From assembly GCF_036365525.1 (NCBI RefSeq), contig NC_090376.1, positions 121,495,388 through 121,559,387 of the forward strand: a stretch of DNA of 64,000 nucleotides. The letters are read 5' to 3'. The translations under genes were made by a program, and so were the position numbers. Below are positions 36,701 through 51,200 of the stretch, piece by piece. The first letter of the stretch is position 1, and each line of letters opens with the position of its first letter. The notes below the pieces were generated by a model. The model searched no databases. It saw only the letters and a list, made by a program, of their open reading frames with translations, and was not told the DNA's origin. This stretch comes from Heterodontus francisci (Eukaryota).

Positions 36701-38328
36701 ATATCACGTTAACAGTCCCTTCTAATGTTCTCTTTTAAATCTCAATTTTCCCTTGTCAAAGTTCCAAAACATACTTCGCCAAAAAAATACCGCGGTCGGG
36801 ACATCTACATACTCATTTTTCAATAGTTGTAAATGTTAAATGAAATCACAAATCGAAGCAAACAGAACAAAATGGTACTTACATTTCCCAGCAGTTCAAA
36901 TTCCTCTTGGCATAGTCTCAAAATATTTATTTGATGATGGTGGGAGGGGAGTCGCGAGATATTTTACGATTTTGAGGGAATTCACTTCTTAAATAACTCC
37001 ACCGGAGCTGCGACGTTAGATCGGTAACGGAAATACTATTAACGCAACACATAGGAAGTGTAGAGAAAAATATAGACGACTCGCGAGAGGGACAAGAGTG
37101 TTTAACTGTGTAGCATGGAACTAGAGCTGTAAACAATGACCCAGAATAGGTCCGAGTGACGCAAAGTCAAGTTCAAGTTCTTAGTTAAAAAAAAGTTGCT
37201 TTGACTGGGTTTACGGTTGTGTTCGTTTAAAGCTAGCACAGGTTTCTTAATTTAGTTTAGACCCAAATCTACCAGATTGAGATTTAGTGCCTTCACTTTT
37301 TTTTTCTCGTGGAACAGGGTGGGAAGTTGGTTTTGCAAGTTACTTCTCTTCAGCTGGTACGACTGACTTGGTCACTAAACTGACTGTGTAAAGGAGCCGC
37401 CAGAGTGTCGTGTTTCATTGTGAGTTCTGTGTACAAAGAATTACGAGAATATTTCCACATTTTTGGTTTTGTATCTGCAGCAACCTTCGGACGTCGCATT
37501 ACCCTTCTAAATTGCACATTTTATTTTTCTGTTCGAGTAGGTTTAGAAATAAATCTCATTTTCAACAGACTGTATATAACAAGTAGCAGATGCAGTGCTC
37601 ATTCAGATTTTTATAGGGAATTCATAACCTCCCCCATCCCAATAACTTGCATTCAAATATGTGTCTGCTGCTTGCGGTCATTCAAAATGCAAACGAAAAC
37701 ACCTCTCACACGTGTCTGGTTTGTGATTGTGCTGTAATGAATTCCACCTCCATTTCCATACAATTGTGTGCATTTTTGCGTTTTACCAATCCCATATGCA
37801 GGAACTAATTAACATCGACTACTCACTTCTCCCCTCCCCCCTTGGATGATTTTCCATTGCTATCTAACTTGCTTTTTTAATTTTGCTGGCTTTACTTTCA
37901 GTCTACAGGACACCCAGCAGATTAAAAAAAGCAGATACATCTTTTATAAACGTCGTGAGCGAATCATCTGCCATTGGCTGTTGTGAAAAATGTGCCTGAA
38001 TATTTAGTTTACAAGCTACTTTACAAATAAACAATTAATATGATGATCAAAGTCAAATCTGTACCATTGTCCGCGTTTTAATTAGACTCGTCATATTGAC
38101 TTTGCTTCCCAGTGTGTTTAGATATTTTAAGAAAACTAGTAGACTATTTCATACTGTTGCCTTCACTCACCACCCCCCCACCCCCAAAAAAACCACAAAA
38201 CAGTTGTCGAAAAACCTTAAACAGCTTGGCTGAGATGAATTTCAACAAATATGACACAGGTTAAAAGCAGAGACGAATTATCTGGGACTCAAATAATAAC
38301 GATGTCAGCAGGTTCACTTGCAACACGT

Positions 38329-38334
38329 TTTATT
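38329..38334 (-). terminator. Candidate ZIC2 polyadenylation signal AATAAA
   Basis: AATAAA on the minus strand about 890 nt after the stop, at the end of an AU-rich 3' UTR-like stretch that has a Pumilio-type TGTAAATA at 38553-38560. Confidence 0.55.
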
Positions 38335-39222
38335 ATATATTTGTATGCTGTTAATTATCTCAGGACATCGCACATGAAAAGAGGAAACGTTGTTTGATCT
38401 AGAAATTAAAACAAAACAATCTGAACAATCTCATGTTTAACTCACAATTGTACATATTTATAGTTAAGAAACATTCTTTATAAATATTGTTTCATGTGTA
38501 GCAAGTTAATACCATAATTTAATTACAAATGGGATAAATATGGTAACGCGGGTATTTACAGAATGAGTACTGTTGTTACAAAAATTAACGGCACAACCTT
38601 TTTTCACAATCTTCCAATAGAATTTCACAATTCAAACTTGCAAAGCACATAACATCACAAGATAAAAACCCAGCTAACAGAAAAAAAAAATACATTCACA
38701 AGCAATTATTTGCGTTTTCTGTGTGTTTGTGAACTGTAACTTGACTTTGGCACAGTTTCCACTCTATATATGATTGCATGAAGATTCTACAAACGGTCGC
38801 CCTGAAAAGGTGACATAATTTCAGCATTAATATACAACGACAAGGAACTCATCCTTTCTGTCCTTTACTTTTCCATTTAGTGCGCAATCTGGAAATGTCA
38901 CCTCAGGAAAGATATCCATAGCCACCGCAGAATGAACGCTATATATCAAGGATCCCAGGTACAGTTCAGCTGACAGACTGCAAGGCTCTGTGTTGGAAGT
39001 TGTAAAAGTAGTCAAAATGTTTGTTCAGTAAGACATAAATAACGCCGATCTTCACTTCTGCAAAATCTCTGGAACTCGGTATTGCTTGTATGGGGATTAT
39101 ATCGTTCTCCGTTTCCCATTCACAGATTTTAGAGAAAGTTTTTTTAAATTTTTGTTTTCAATTTTAAGTTAGCACAGGCGCCGCTCTCCCATGTTTGGGG
39201 CCTGTAGTCTTTGTGTTTTTTT

Positions 39223-39408
39223 TTAAACGTACCATTCATTGAAGTTGGAGGAAATTCCGGCGTTAGTGTGCACCGCAGAGGAGGCAGGAGATAAATTATT
39301 GCTGTTTTGGGGGTCGGTGGACGGGGAAACCAGGACTGGGGGAGTAGAAGATTCATAACCAGAGCTGGCTGCCGGTGAGGACTCAGAACCTTGTGACGAT
39401 TCGTGGAC
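39223..39408 (-). CDS. ZIC2: ZIC2 coding exon 3 ([24 protein letters not shown]...SSNFNEWYV*)
   Basis: tatgcAG acceptor; ZIC2-type C-terminus ending NFNEWYV. The three exons total 1350 nt = 449 aa plus stop. Confidence 0.96.
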   Translation of the reverse strand, partial: VHESSQGSESSPAASSGYESSTPPVLVSPSTDPQNSNNLSPASSAVHTNAGISSNFNEWYV

Positions 39409-39457
39409 CTGCATAAAAGTCGAGGACAAGAAAAAAAAAACAATCAGTCGTTTCCTA

Positions 39458-39736
<279 letters not shown>

Positions 39737-41686
39737 TCAGTCAAGCAAAACCATGAATCCCTCAATCTTCCACCGATTGCATTTCGCTCGGTGATCACCG
39801 TATTCCACACTGCTCAAAGCACTTCGACTTAAATACTTACTGAATATCCTAACCATGGTGTTTATAACCCGTCCTGGCATTTTTAGTCGCGAGCAAAAAA
39901 TAAAACCCAAACAAATTATTTCAAATGAGCCATCCTAAATCAAAGTCTTGGGCTGTGGACGGAAATGCGCTTGACAAAATTGATTCGCGTTTAGATTTGT
40001 GTGATTAATGCGAGTGTGCAAAGTCCTTGGTTTCCAGGTCCTGTATTGCTCGGGTCCCTTTTTCTGAATGGAAATAGTCACATTAACAGAATCGCAGCTG
40101 CCTTTCTCAGCTGATTGCAACACACGGAAAGGAAATAGTTCATCGCGTTTACACAATGGCAGAATGTAATTAAAGACTCTGCTTAGACTTGCAGAATTGA
40201 TCTGTATTAAATCAATTGATCCAAACCAATTCTAGAAATAAAATAACCGAACAATGATTAACCAACACGAGCCCCAGTTTAGGGCCATCGCGTAGATATC
40301 CATACGTAGGGATTTTTAACAGTCCCTGGATAATTGTTTATGTTCCTCTGCACTTATTTATGGGAATACACGTTCTAAAATTGGCAATTGTATCTGGAGC
40401 GTTGAAAATTTCCCGTCTGAACTGTGTATTTTACTGAGCGGCGGAACCAGGAGGTGCGAATCACACAGGAATCTTGCTGAATACGGGGAGGGGAGGTTGG
40501 GGAGAATGTAACATTACACTCTATTAGCATTTAAATTGTTTCCGAAAAGATATGTAAACCGCTTCGAATTCTGAAGGATAGCTACTCTGAGGAAATAAAT
40601 TTCGCAGTTGAAAACCTTGCTAAAGACTTGTCTGGCACCTATGACTAATCATACACTTGAGAGAACAATAGGCCTTCATCCTCTTACCACTCTCTGAGAA
40701 GCAAATAGTTATTGTGTGTGTGTTTTAAAAAAAATCTTATTAATTAATTACCGCTTTTGTTTTTAACTCCTTTGAAGAACCAGTGATTTAGAAAGTAATA
40801 AAATGATTAAAAATAATGAACCCCACACGGGTGAAGCTCGGATGAAATTTCTCAGTTGCCACGTTTTACACACAAGAACCTCTGTCCTTATATTACATGC
40901 TGACCCATATTCAAAGTTTATGCCCCAAATACAGGTCACTGCCGATGACATAATCCTACACACTCGAGAGAAATATTATGCAATACAACATAACTGTAAC
41001 TCACAGCTCCTGTCCTTGAACAGTTTTTTTCTGGTTTCTAACAGTAGATGTGTTTATCTGATATATGTTAAACTTGTGGCCCAAGTTAACATTCCCAAAT
41101 TTAAAATTTCCAAATATTTTCATGTATTAATTCTTTTTTTTAACATGCGAAACATCCATAATTCAATTGTCTATCATAGGACCATAACTAAGCAGAATTT
41201 GTGTAATGTATTTATTCCGTAAATCACCAAATAGAAGATTTTATTATTTTTGGCATTTAACTTGAGTATTTTATTAAGGATCGAACAGCGATCGGAACAG
41301 ATTTAACGTTAAAATGTGTCACAATAATTTCTAAACTATTTATTTGCCGCACATCTGTTTCCCCAAATCACAAGCATTAAAAATTACTCCTATTGTTACA
41401 ATGTGAAACATCCAGAATGGAGATTTCTCAAGTGGTTTAAAAAGTGTTTTGGAAAATAAATTTTCATTGTAGAAGGCAGTCACATGAATGTTATTTTGCG
41501 GTTTACAGTCCTTTTTATATAAAAAAATCATTATTGCGGTGCACGGAAAAATACAAACGAACCATCAAATGACTGAGGAATGTGGAGAGATCCGCGCTCT
41601 TACTGGGCAGCGCAAAGGTGGCGGCAGTCCGAAGGGGTTCGGGGGGTGGGGGGTTGTTGGAGAGGAAGGGAGACTCCGGGTTTTAC

Positions 41687-42686
41687 CTGTATGGGTGCGT
41701 TTGTGGATCTTTAAGTTCTCCGACCTGGCGAAAACTTTTCCGCAGCCCGGGAAGGGGCAAGGGAACGGCTTTTCCCCCGTGTGGACCCTGATGTGATTCA
41801 CCAGTTTGTATTTCGCTTTGAAAGGTTTTCCCTCCCGGGCGCAATCTTCCCAGAAGCAGATATGGTTGGTCTGCTCGGGTCCACCGACATGTTCCACCGT
41901 GACGTGGGTGACCAGCTCATGCATGGTGCTGAAAGTTTTGTTGCAGGACTTTTTGGGGTTGCTCATCTGCTCGGGATCGACCCACTTGCAGATGAGCTCC
42001 TGTTTGATGGGCTGCCGCATGTATCTGAAGAAGGCTCCGGGACCGTGGTGAGCTGCCATATTCATGCTCATGTTCATATTCATGTGGCCGTAGTTGTGGT
42101 GGTGATGGAGCTGCGCCGCCGAGTAAGGGTCAGTCCTGGGACACTGGTCCGAGCGGCCAAACACTTCCCCAGGCAGCCCCAAGCGCATCTGCCCGTTGAG
42201 GACGTGCGTGTTTGGAGACGAGTGGGATCCTCCTTGCTCGTGGATGCCGGGGAACAAGATGTGTCCCGAGGTGTCTGAATGCGGGTGATGGAGACTGGCC
42301 GGGTTGGGTCCGAAGATGCCGTGCTGGTTGGAGCCCGCGCTTGAATCGCTGAAGCCGCGACTGCGGAAGATAAAATCCCGGGTGGAGTTGAACGCGGCGC
42401 CCGAGTAAGAGCTGACATGGGCGGCGTGGGGAGCCAGGGCGGACGCGTAGCCCGAGCCAGCGGCCGCTTGCGAGCTGAAAGCCGAGCTCTGGCCGGCCGA
42501 CGAGAGGTCATGGTGGACTCCACCGTTCAGCTTGAAAGCCCCCATGTGCGCTGAGTCGACGAAGGTGTTTTGAGACAAGCCCAGGTCCCGGTCCGACATG
42601 TCGGCGGTGGAGTGGTGATGATGGTGATGTCTGGCAAAAGTGCCCACCCCGAGGGTCGGGAACTGGGGTCCCGCATCCAGCAACAT
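41687..42686 (-). CDS. ZIC2: Zinc finger protein ZIC2, coding exon 1 (N-terminus, ZOC motif, ZF-NC, ZF1-3)
   Basis: [22 protein letters not shown]...[12 protein letters not shown]...[19 protein letters not shown]...HKRTHTG. ZIC2-type rather than ZIC1-type residues ([30 protein letters not shown]). 1000 nt, phase-1 donor CAG|GTAAAA. Confidence 0.95.
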
Positions 42687-42744
42687 GCTTCTAAAACCAG
42701 GGGAGAAAACAAACAGATCTCTCCCCCCCTCCCCCCCACCCACC

Positions 42745-42793
42745 CACACAGCCACACACACACAAAAACACACGCACACACACACACACACAC
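42745..42793. repeat. Imperfect (CA)n/(TG)n microsatellite in the ZIC2 5' leader
   Basis: Seen directly, about 60-105 nt upstream of the ATG; next to a C-rich tract (G-rich on the sense strand). Confidence 0.9.
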
Positions 42794-43199
42794 GGGGATC
42801 AACCGGCAACTTCAGAGACGCCTTCTTCTTGTTATTGTTTCTGATCGATTCCGAAAGAAGCCAAAACGCACCAGTTCAGAAATTCAACAGATCGAGACAA
42901 ACGATTCGCCTTGCTCTTTAACAGCTTCTGTTTTTCTTGAGGGGGGGAAAAAGCGATGACAAGTAGACCGAGCCAAATTATCACGTACAACTTTTTTTGT
43001 CCTCTAAAGCAGTTTTTATTGCGATCACGTAGAAGTTTTTGTTTTGCAGCAAGAATTCCCACGGAGTAACCGTCTTCTTTGAAGCCTCTTCTCTGTCTGT
43101 TCGTCTCTCTCACTCTCTCTCTCAGTAGATGCAGTGTTGCCAGTGATAGCGGTAATCAAAAAGGCAGTTAAATGAGAAGTAGAGATAAGAGCATCCTTA

Positions 43200-43480
43200 G
43201 GATGAATGTGTGGTGAGGGAGGAGGGAGGAGGGGGATCTTAAGCTGGTCCCGCTCCTGTCATATGATGCAGAATGCGGCGGCTGAATGGAGTGACGGCGC
43301 CTCTCCCAACACCCCTTTTAAACAGGACAGCGGGCACTTTCTAATGGCTTTTCATTGGACAACTCCGCCTCATCTATCCCAGGTAGCTTGCTCCAAACGG
43401 GTCGCCATTTTTCATTAATTACGCCTACTTTGATTTGTTTTTTTCCTTCAGCTCGGCCATTTCTGCGCCACTCCTTTCCT
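43200..43480 (-). promoter_or_regulatory. Candidate ZIC2 core promoter
   Basis: CpG-containing block upstream of an ATG-free leader of about 500 nt; CCAAT (minus strand) at 43354-43358; YY1-like CGCCATTTT near 43403. TSS not determinable from sequence. Confidence 0.5.
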
Positions 43481-45212
43481 CACGACGAAATCCATGTAGG
43501 TAGCAACATCATATTTTCACTGCGAAGCAATAAAAGTTAATCGAAATCCGTTCTAATGACTTGCGATCAAATTGTGCGAGGTAGTAGGGAGGGTGAGGGG
43601 AATGCAGTGTTACTACAATACGCGTTTCCTCCCCCCTCTGTTTAATTGCTGCCTTTTGCATTGTAAGCGTGTAACATGATGTAAATCAGAGAACTTTTTT
43701 TTAAAGAAACTTGTCAAATGATTTCCACCCCAAGGTTTGAGATATTACCTCGGTGAAACGGACAAGTCCGGTTCTGATCAGATCCCACCTATGAGAAAGC
43801 CCTCCAGCATCCTTTCCTTTTGCACACAGGCTTTGCTTAGAAGGGTTTGTGCCAGAAATAAAGGGGAGGGGGTTAATCCGATTTGCCACCTACTAAATTG
43901 CACACCATATTCTTTGCAATAAAAGCTGTCTGTATTTTCTTCTGCTCAAATTCGATTTTTTTGGAAAAAGATTGAAAAGTGTGCTTAAATAAGGGAGGAT
44001 TAGAAATAAAACGTTGATTAATTCAAGGGATTAAAAAAAATAATCCCTTTATTTCCTTATTGTCACGAACGAAAAGCGCCATCATTTCACTTGTTACCAT
44101 TTTATTTTTTGCAGAAAGAGAACACTGGTGCCTGATCTGTTTTGCTTAGGGCAGAACCTGTATTAAAGGGCAGGTCTGGAAACAGAAAACCAACCAAACG
44201 TCACAGAAACAATCCCGTGTTCTACTAAATCACCCATAGTTAATTATAAAATCTGTTCTTATGCTACTGTGTACTGACCCCGCATTTTTCAGAAATGTCA
44301 CCACCTTGTCTGTGATGAACAGAACACATATCATTTAAATCAGACCGGAAGGTTTTTTTTTGGGGGGGGGGAATGGGTGTGGGGGGGGGGGGGGGAAATA
44401 AACACAACAATGATTTTAATTTGTGTACAATAATGTATGAAGTTTGATGCTTGTTTCCAGCACTGCGATTTTTTTGTATCAGACATTCATGTGGCAGCCT
44501 TCTTACTGCTTTTTCAGTGATCATCTGTTCTGGTTTTGGTGTTGTTTTAATTTTCTAATTTCAGTCTAAAGCAGCACAGCATCGTGCTCGCTGCCATTCT
44601 TTCACTTATCCAGGGCTACTCTGCAGGAAATACAGGAGCTGATCCAAGTTCAAAGTCACGTTTGCCGACTTCTTTACAGAGCTGTATTATTTCACTGCAA
44701 AACCTCCCCCCCCCCCCACCCCGCCCTCCCCGCAAAAAAAAAACTCTGTCCTTGGTCACTGGGGTTGGGAGAGAGAGAGAGAGAGAGGGAGCGAGAGCGA
44801 GAAATACAAAAATTCAATTGCATTTCAGTACCATTGTACCAGAAATGCAGGCAGGGGCTGGAGGTGAGAAGTGAGAAAGACCAGCGGCTGGTAATCTAAT
44901 CATTTAATGGTACTTCAACAGGTTTGGAGAGGTAAGTAATGAACTTACTATATGAGAGATGGTGCTCTAAGGCTGAGAAGAATGTCTTTATCCAGTTATC
45001 AAATCCAGAATCCGCATTCTTTATAGCGACAGCACTTCTTTTGTTAGCCTGCAGGCTTGTTTTAATAACTGCCAACAATGGAACCCCTACAATATCCTCT
45101 TTCATCTATATTTATCTTGTCACATATTTCAATCTATTTTTGAATAAAGTCAGTCAAAGCACGCCGGAGAAGTCAACGCCATTTTTCTGACAAGTTGATG
45201 AGATTTTATTTT

Positions 45213-45256
45213 TTGGTGGGGGGGTGGGGGGGGGGGGGTGGTGGGGGGGGGGGGGG
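45213..45256. repeat. Poly-G/G-quadruplex-prone tract; similar tracts at 16865-16898, 44362-44396, 44706-44731 (C strand) and 52871-52904
   Basis: Runs of G interrupted by single T residues, seen directly. Confidence 0.8.
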
Positions 45257-48200
45257 TAGATAGAACTTTTATAGGGACCAACTACTCGACAATATCTCTG
45301 TGCTGACTGTAGATAGTTTAAAGCTTTCTATTCGGCCGTTTGGTTGCAGTCTTGTTAGTTTTGAAAAACGCTTTGACCAGAAAAAAAATCCCTCCTTAAA
45401 TATATTTATTGGAGAGCATGTATGTAGGAAGCAAGGGATAGGAGAAGAGAGACGAATTGCTTTTTGTGCGTTGCTTTGGATAAACAACGCCTAGAAATCA
45501 TCTAAAGCTGCCAGGTTACTGGTCGCAATGAATGCCATACTTTTTGTTATTTTTTTTAACAGAAAGTGAGTTAGGGAATGAATTGTACATTATCAACTGA
45601 AGCTTTCGCTATTGGGTTTTTTTTGCAATGATTCCTTAGTCTTCAAACTCGCAACAAAGGTATACGCGGAAATTTCCCATGAACAATACAATTAGAATAC
45701 CCTTTGTTAGTACATTATCGTGCAATAAACATTACTGTATTTTGAGTAGTGTATACAGCTATTCGCCATAGCTACTGTATCAATATAAAGTGTTATTTAA
45801 TCTGACTGGAACACATCAATGATTTGCTTATTGTTGCATTTTGTTCAGGCAACATTGGATTTAATGAGTGCTGGTAAAACTCACAAGCTCACATTTTGTA
45901 CCAGGAAAAGTTCCCATCCCTTGTTACCTGTGTCAATCAAATCTTGGATCCAATTGAATTAGTCAAATGACTATTACGGTACAAATTACCTTTGGTTTGG
46001 TTTACTTTGACTACGATCTAAGGCCCACGGTTAAGCATATATGTGCTCCTCCCTTTAAATCAATAAAACATCCTTATTCAGTGCAATTAGAATTTATGTA
46101 AAATGATGTAACAGACTACAAGATATTTATTGAGTACTTACGTAACCCTTTCTCAGTACAGCGACATAAAAGAAATTATTGAACATTTTAAAAATATAAA
46201 TGTGCATTCTGATCTCGTAATACAAGTCCCATGACACAAAAGTCGCAATATATAAATTATTGCGTTCATTAGACACAGAGATCGCGTATCTTTTGCATAC
46301 TGAGATGGAACAACACAGACAACCTTGAACAAATGCAGTGTTGATAATTTATCCCATACTTCAAAGAGGATAGAATTACAGTGTGTATGGATCTGTTAGT
46401 CTGTGGGAGGGTTCGAAGAACACAGCTGAATGAATTCACTCACTAGATTGTGAAATGCTCTCCCACATGTATATATATTAATGGCTAGAAATTATGGAAG
46501 CCAGAGAATCCAACCCAAATTAATCTTAAATTCAGCTAAAGTCAACGAAGGACTGAGAGATGTCCGTGTGAATTTTATGTATTTAAGCAATGGACAGAAC
46601 AAACCCACCCCTATGTTATACTTTTAAAGACTGTTTTTTGATAGCTTGCAGAGTGAGGAGTTATGGCCTGTTGCTTACTGTCAAACTGCACACATCCTTT
46701 GATATACACATGTACATTACAGCGTTGCATTTACAATGAGTGGGTATGAACGCTTGTCGGCCCTTTGGCAAAGCGCTTCCAAAAACATTTTTACGATGGC
46801 ATGTTAGAGAAAAGACAAATGAAAGTGACATGTGTTATCAGTTTACGAGTTGGCGACCTATGATTGTTATTCCATAAATTATATCTGCAGTTAACCCCTG
46901 TAAAGTCTGTCGCGTTTTGAAACACATTACTAGTGTAATTTATTTCGGTTGTAGTCTGTGGGTGTTCTGCACTTCCTTGTTTATCAGTATTGCAATTCAG
47001 TTCACATAAGAAATATAACCATTGTGTTAAGGTAAGGGTGGCATGCGGCAAGCGTGGGTAGTATTTTTCTTGCAACTGTAACTGTTAAGTTCTTGTTATC
47101 AGTAGATCATTATTTACGAATGAAGGAGAAAGCAGAGGAAAGGAATTGACAAACAAAGAGATAGAAAAATATGGTGGGGTGACGAATGTCAGAAATCAAC
47201 CAATAAAGTAATGAGTTTCTAAAAGACATTTAATCATCTGTAACATTGACCTTCGTAAACCTCATGACATCAAGGGCAAATTAACAATGTTTGGTGCGTT
47301 TTCATAAACGGTGGACGAAAATTGATATAATTGGAATACAACATTTATCAAATACAAATGAGAAAGGTACAATGTTTCAATTTGCAACAATCTATATATC
47401 ATAAAGAAACGCCTCTCACCGGTGTTTCTGATAAGAATTTTTAAGTATAAAATTACATGGATGAAAAAATATAATTTGAAGGAAAACATGATCTTACCGT
47501 ACGTCTTAAGAACTTGTACATATTTCCTGCCAAATTTTTACAATGAATAATATTTGAAGAATATTGTGCCTTTAATATGCAACATGAATACTGATACCAT
47601 TTTGCCAACATTTTCGCCAATAACGCAGTTACATATATATATAAAGTTAAAGGAATAATCAACGCATTAGCAAAACAAAACCTGCCTCTGATGAATGGTG
47701 CATTAAGGATACAATTGGTTTTTTTTCTGAGATGTGTACCACGAACCCAGAATGCAGAGTTTTGCGAAAACAGCATTGTTTTAAATTATATGTGTTGCAA
47801 AAACCGACAGAAAATGTGAAACTCCCAAGTTTGCTCATTATGTATCTGCATAACCTGATCTGTTTGGGTGTGTGACTATCAAAAAGGACACGAACACAAT
47901 ACCTCTATTCGCGTTCTTTCATATCGGTTTGAATAAGTAGAAACACATTATAAACAAACAGTGTTAAACCGCCAGGAAGTGTTGAGTTCAGTTTACTGAT
48001 AGTCTATTAATTACCCCATCCATTGAAAAGAAACATGTATCTGTTCAATAATTAAGGGCGTGCAATCAAGCGTATGGGGATTTATGTGAATCCAGCCTTA
48101 CAAGACATGAGGTAATGGAGCGGTGGATTGCAATGAGGACATGGCTTGTATGATGTGGCCATTGACAGACAGCATTGGCTTTGTAGGCAAGTTGTTGTGG

Positions 48201-51200
48201 TTTACCACCAGTACGTACTGGAATGGAAAGAGAGTCAAATATTAAACATATGCCGCAAAACTTTCAACAGAAGGCTGAAATTGCATTTCACTTCCCTGCA
48301 TTTATCTCCATATAACGGTGAAGAGCAACATTATAGTTCTCTCCTGAAGTTGATATTAACGAGTCATCGTGCCTACCTTGTTCAGCAATTAGTATATTTG
48401 TGTTTCTCGTGGATTTGGACTTCTTTTGCACATTCATCGAATATCTTACATTCTCTTGTCGTTGTTCCGTTCCATCCAACTCTTCCTTTCCAAATGTTCC
48501 CTTTCCTTTGTTACATTCTCTGTCTCCCATACCTGGTTACTTGACGCCTTAACATTATTCCACTTTTGGATTGTTAAGGCGATATAATACAGACTTCTGT
48601 TTCCTTAATTTGAACCCCATGTTTCACATCATTGAGTTTACCCAAGCTACATTAATAACTTCATAGCCCCACTACATCAGTTCACAATATTACTTATACT
48701 GCTAAAATTCGCATTCTTGTACCTCTTTTTGACAATAGCACGAACCTGTTTGATAATTTGACGTATTTTGCGCAGTCGTTGGTATCCTATCAGATAGAGT
48801 GAAAAGCTAAAATTAGAATTTTGAACTGGAAATACAATTATTCTTTGAAAGTGTAATGAGAGATAATAAAACCCTGGGAAATCGGAAGCAATTTCCTTAA
48901 AAATACCCATGCCTGGAAAAACAGAACCAGGAAACCAATTCATTATAATTATAACGCAAGCACAGTGTTTAATGAGTATTTAGCTTGGTGCTTTAGACTG
49001 AACGGACAAACGCAACACAGGGTTATAGCAGCTCAGAAGAAGGAAATTAGTGCCAGATATTTATTATTTCTGAATTGCGTTCCACACTGATCGCATTGTG
49101 AACATAATCCTAATTTACAAGTAACTGGAGGATTCCGCCAAAGGAAGGGAACTTTCTGCAGGGTGTTGTTTGGCGTCTATTAAAGTGTTCTTTTATGCTT
49201 TGTTTAAAATCTATTAAAATCAATGGAATCAATTGGAGCATTCGGGTTTTACAAATTGTAACAATCTTTAGAAAAACAAGTGGGAATAAATAAATCGATC
49301 ACAGAAGTAAGTATATATTAAGACATATTAATCGATGACAGATACACATCATGCTGCGTTGATCAAGGACAGCGACAAGGAAACGCGTGTAACATCAAAA
49401 CCCCTTTACAGTACAATCAGCATACCTCGGCTGCTGAAATTATAAATCTTCATTTTTTTTGTAATCAGTAACACCGAGCAAACTTTATTTTTAAATGAAA
49501 AATAAAACTGGAGAGTGGTATTTATTTCATTGCAGGTAGCAAGCACTTGTAGCAGGAAAACTTCCTAGGAATCTTTTGTGCCTCTTTTAAAAAGTGGCTT
49601 ATTGACAGGGAACTGCCTAAATTACATACTTGTATTGTTTTTGAATTTCAAATTGCAGTCAGAAAGACTCCTCGAACGCAAACTCCTTATGCACTTCATA
49701 GCACACAGTTTCTGTTTCAATATATGTTCAAATGTTGTTACAATAGGGCTCGTAGAATGACGTAACCTGATTTAGCATGAAGCTTAAAGAACAATATGCA
49801 ACATCCAATTCGCTAATACTGTTTATTAAAACATTTTTGAAAAAGTTCCAAACAGTATTCTTAGTTCAGACAATAGAATAAAGATTGGACAACACACAAT
49901 AAATAATCAGGTATCACCTTTTATGCTACTTTTCCAGAAAATTAATTGTGTGTTAGAGAATGTGCAGCCGTTCTGTATGTGTTAAAGGTGTGGCGATCGT
50001 TTCTGCTTGGCTGGTTTATATAGGAGGAAACCAAAGTGCTTCACAACAAAATGTCAGAGGCGCCTGCTCGTTGTTCGGCCGTCATTTGTTCTATTGTTTG
50101 CTAAATAATGTGTACCAACACTTCTGAATTGTGTAAATTATTTGTTAGTGTCAGTAATGCAAATTTGGATTTCTTGTTTTTTTTTTGGCACATGCCCTGG
50201 TGAAGGTTTGGAGCGATACAAATACCTGATGTTCGCAAAGGACGTTTGAAGGACATGCACCTAGCCAGGCATGGAATGGTGCAGTAAATGGAAATTCATG
50301 GAGAAAGATAACAAATGTATTTAACAAAACGATGGCAAAAAGTTCGAAGTAGTATAAAATATGTGAAATCAACGGACATACACATACATATAGCATATAC
50401 ACGCAGAACTTATAATGGGTCTTACAGCATACAGGTAACAGTGCCAAATTATTAACAATAAAACGCCACAACGATAAGCATTATAAATACGAACTATCTG
50501 GAAATATTGGCCTGCTGGATGCCTGCAGTAGAATCACAATAATATGAAGCATGAGTCAAACGTTAAGTCAGTTTAGTTACTAAAGCGACCAGTCAGAAAG
50601 CTCTATAAATATTGCGATTCTAGGTGACTACATGGAGAATCAGTGTTGTTTAGACCAGTCTGTCGGGTAACATACTGCATTGTATCCCATCCATTGTGCT
50701 CTGTTTTGGTCTTCTCTGTTAAAACTCTGAATTTTATAGAAACATTAAGAAAGATTTGAGGGGATGCCGTATTGTGAAACATCTATACATACAGAATATA
50801 TGAGACATAAATACGCCTTCAAAATTACATGTATCAACTCTGTTTAATGGTTTAACTTTGTCACGTACCGTTATTTTGATCTGTTTGCGTTAGTCTATTT
50901 CTAATCACTTTATTTCTTCGCAATTTTAAGTAACTAACTGCACATGAGTTTCTCAGGTAGATTCATATGCAAGTAGAAAGGTACATCAAACAAGAGAACA
51001 GTTCATAATGGTGTTTGTATATATTTTTTACATTTAGTACACAATTATTTTTATGCTATAATTAATAATTTATATCCTTTATCAATTCCATAGAGCTGAA
51101 GTCTACAAGTTCACATGAAACATTTGCCTTTGAAAAACATGAATTGTTACTTGTGTGATAATTATTCCTGTTATTTTCTCTATATCAAAATGGAGTAGTT

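Noticed and set aside
41565-42809. 414-aa ORF taken as a single-exon protein with the N-terminal extension [12 protein letters not shown]...
   Set aside because: The extension starts at a non-ATG codon and translates the (TG)n microsatellite; the C-terminal part is intron read-through past the donor at 41687.
41781-42959. Overlapping and antisense ORFs across ZIC2 exon 1
   Set aside because: Expected shadows of a GC-rich coding exon; no recognisable motifs.
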